Below, piece by piece: positions 61,710-64,000 of a stretch of DNA of 64,000 nt (positions within the stretch are counted from its first letter, which is position 1; the number at the start of each line of letters is the position of its first letter). This DNA is from Botryllus schlosseri (lineage: Eukaryota). The notes under the pieces were generated by a model. That model was not told the origin of the DNA, searched no databases, and saw only the letters and a program-made list of their open reading frames with translations. The DNA lies in contig CM119371.1 in NCBI GenBank assembly GCA_051294905.1, positions 15,812,001 through 15,876,000 on the forward strand. The letters run 5' to 3'. The position numbers and the translations under genes are program-made.

Positions 61710-63660
61710 AACTTTCAATTTGCCGTCGAGAAAATCGAAATTATTAAGTCCCGTTCGCCAAGACATTGTTATCTATAATTCCATATGCTCGTGTTCTTCC
61801 ATGAATGCGTGCATTGACTTCACCTGTCGATTCAAGACTTCCTATCGATATGTGGAATATATTCGATATTGAAATACGCCGTGGAAATAAGTTTGGGAAA
61901 GACATCGCTAAAAGCCTCGAAGGCCATCCCGACAGTCGTCAAGAACGTCCACATTCAAATCTCAATTTGATATATCGGCCCATCATTCCGAAACATGCCA
62001 CTTCATTAGGCTATCATCCCATCACTTCTGTTACTTTATATTCAGTGTCCAACTGCCCATCCTACAAGGCTACAACGACATAAGTGCCTCTTTACACTGT
62101 CTTATGGCTACAGGAAGTGTGGTGTCCGAATGTCCGGTTTCAACGACTACTAAATATCGTTTCAATACCTTCCAGTTTTTTCGTTCAATCGCAATCTTTT
62201 CGTGTATTCGAAAGGATGAAATATCAACATACTGATTATCATCAGTTTGCTCCAGCATCACCTATCGCAAAGTATGTCCTAGCGGCACGAGCCTGCAGGC
62301 TTGAATTCACCCGCTTATGTTTTTCCATCGTTTGTAATGATGACTCCGCGTGAATTGACGTAACCTATTGATTCAATAGGCATCATATTAATCACTCGCT
62401 TATATTTGAATCAGTTTTGTAATGAACTAGAACGATCTAACCCCGTGCTCGAATGAAAGATTCGATACTTTCTGTCTTGGCAATTGGAAAATATGTATCT
62501 TTTGAACGGATGGTAATGGGTGCTGAATGTAATGAATGGACCCTAACATTCCCCACCTCAACCCTAATAGTAATAATATCATATTATTAATCGTTGGGTT
62601 ATATGTTTCATCTGAACAAGTCACACACAATGTACATGCGATAAGACAAAATGCGATGTAATGAGCAGATAGGAGGATGTCGAACGACACGCATGCAGTT
62701 GCGATCCTTTTAATCTAATTTCCACCTCGGTCTAGACTCTAGAGTGCCCGATGTCGCAGTTCTTTTCTATGTTGATCTTATCGAAGCCGTGCCCGATGTC
62801 GCAGTTCATTTCGATGTTGATCTTATTGAAGCCGCGGTCCTTTCTACTAGTTCTTTCCATTCCTTGTGAGTGCTTTCTTTCGTTGGTCTTTTTTGTCTCC
62901 GTAAGAGCGGCAACGGCGAGGGAAGAGGAGCCCACATAAACCTCCGACGGGAATCGAACCGGGTCCGCCAGATTGGTGGGCGCTTATCGTTACGACTACG
63001 CTATCTCCCCCTCCCCCAACCCTAATATTACTATCCACCAATCCTAACACTAATGTCCCCTCCGCCAACCCTAATATCCCCATCCACCAATCCTAACACT
63101 AATGTCCCCTCCGCCAACCCTAATATCCCCATCCACCAATCCTAACACTAATATCCCCTCCGCCAACCCTAATATCCCCATCCACCAATCCTAACACTAA
63201 TATCCCCTCCGCCAACCCTAATATCCCCATCCACCAATCCTAACACTAATATCCCCTCCGCCAACCCTAATATCCCCATCCACCAATCCTAACACTAATA
63301 TCCCCTCCGCCAACCCTAATATCGCCCTTTCCCCCACCCTAATACCCCCCACCCCAACCCTAATATCCCTATCCACCAATCCTAACACTAATATCCACCA
63401 ATCCTAACACTAATATCCCCTCCGCCAACCCTAATATCCCCATCCACCAATCCTAACACTAATATCGCCTCCGAAAACCCTAATATCCCCCTTTCCCCCC
63501 ACCCTAATACCCCCCACCCCAACCCTAACATTCGTCTTTCGAAAGGCACAAAAAAAAATATATTTTGACGTTTATAATTTTTTTTTCGTGTTCATGGAAA
63601 ACATTCATCGGTGATCATGGTGAACACTTTTCGATGTCTGACTGCCATCGAAGAAGTGCC
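61710..63660 (-). repeat. Merlin right TIR (~1.95 kb)
   Basis: Reverse complement of the left TIR; includes the SINE head (62941-63010, with canonical GGTTCGATTCC on minus) and the C-rich satellite (~63010-63530). Confidence 0.88.
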
Positions 63661-64000
63661 GCCTAACTGCGTGTATGGAATCGGTGTCCTGTACTCATAC
63701 TATGTTTTATTTTTTATTAAATAACTTCAACTTGGAAAATCGTCGCTGCTCACCTGATATATCAGGCAAAACGTACCGAGATTCCAGTAGGGCTCAAGTG
63801 ATGTGGCTTCTGTCAGCCCCAGTTATTGATCCCGGGATCGTACAATATTTATGAAATTTACACCCGTAAGAAGATGATCCGGTACTACGAATATGAGCAG
63901 CTTTCAAAAATATACACTGGTACCGTGATACAGGTCTTATTTCGCCAAGTTGTTATGACCGTTCTGTGGTAAAGTTGATGCAAACATACTCTGAATCTAC

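Larger units (their letters stand above)
37908..63660 (+). mobile_element. Merlin (IS1595/ISXO2-like) DNA transposon with giant TIRs and two nested insertions
   Basis: Ends ggcacttcttcgatggc...gccatcgaagaagtgcc; perfect 8-bp TSD GCCTAACT (37900-37907, 63661-63668); internal IS1595-type transposase. About 7.6 kb after removing both inserts. Confidence 0.92.

Overview
Eukaryotic, AT-rich, repeat-dense DNA from an animal, probably a marine invertebrate. A tunicate host is a guess and is not shown by the sequence. Bases ~2.8-22.2 kb hold a tandem array of single-coding-exon BTB-BACK-Kelch (KLHL-like) genes on the minus strand: two intact, two disrupted and two SINE-truncated BTB stubs. The paralogues look mosaic and are interleaved with hAT-type MITEs, tRNA-derived SINEs and Penelope-derived hairpins that carry a minimal hammerhead-ribozyme motif. 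Bases 22-37 kb are nested transposons: a Penelope GIY-YIG fragment, a 5'-truncated LINE and a 4-level hAT nest. Bases 37908-63660 are one Merlin (IS1595-family) DNA transposon with an 8-bp TSD (GCCTAACT) and unusually long TIRs (~2.7 and ~1.95 kb) built from a TTAGGG-containing satellite plus a tRNA-like SINE head. Two elements inserted into it. The first is an RT-less Ty3/Gypsy-type element with apparently identical 336-bp LTRs. The second is a 13.7-kb near-perfect palindrome with Polinton/Maverick hallmarks (AGTAGT...ACTACT ends, 6-bp TSD), which splits the transposase right after its first catalytic Asp and carries no recognisable Polinton genes. That copy-back-like Polinton derivative is the most unusual object in the window. 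All identities were judged by eye; no alignment or database search was run.
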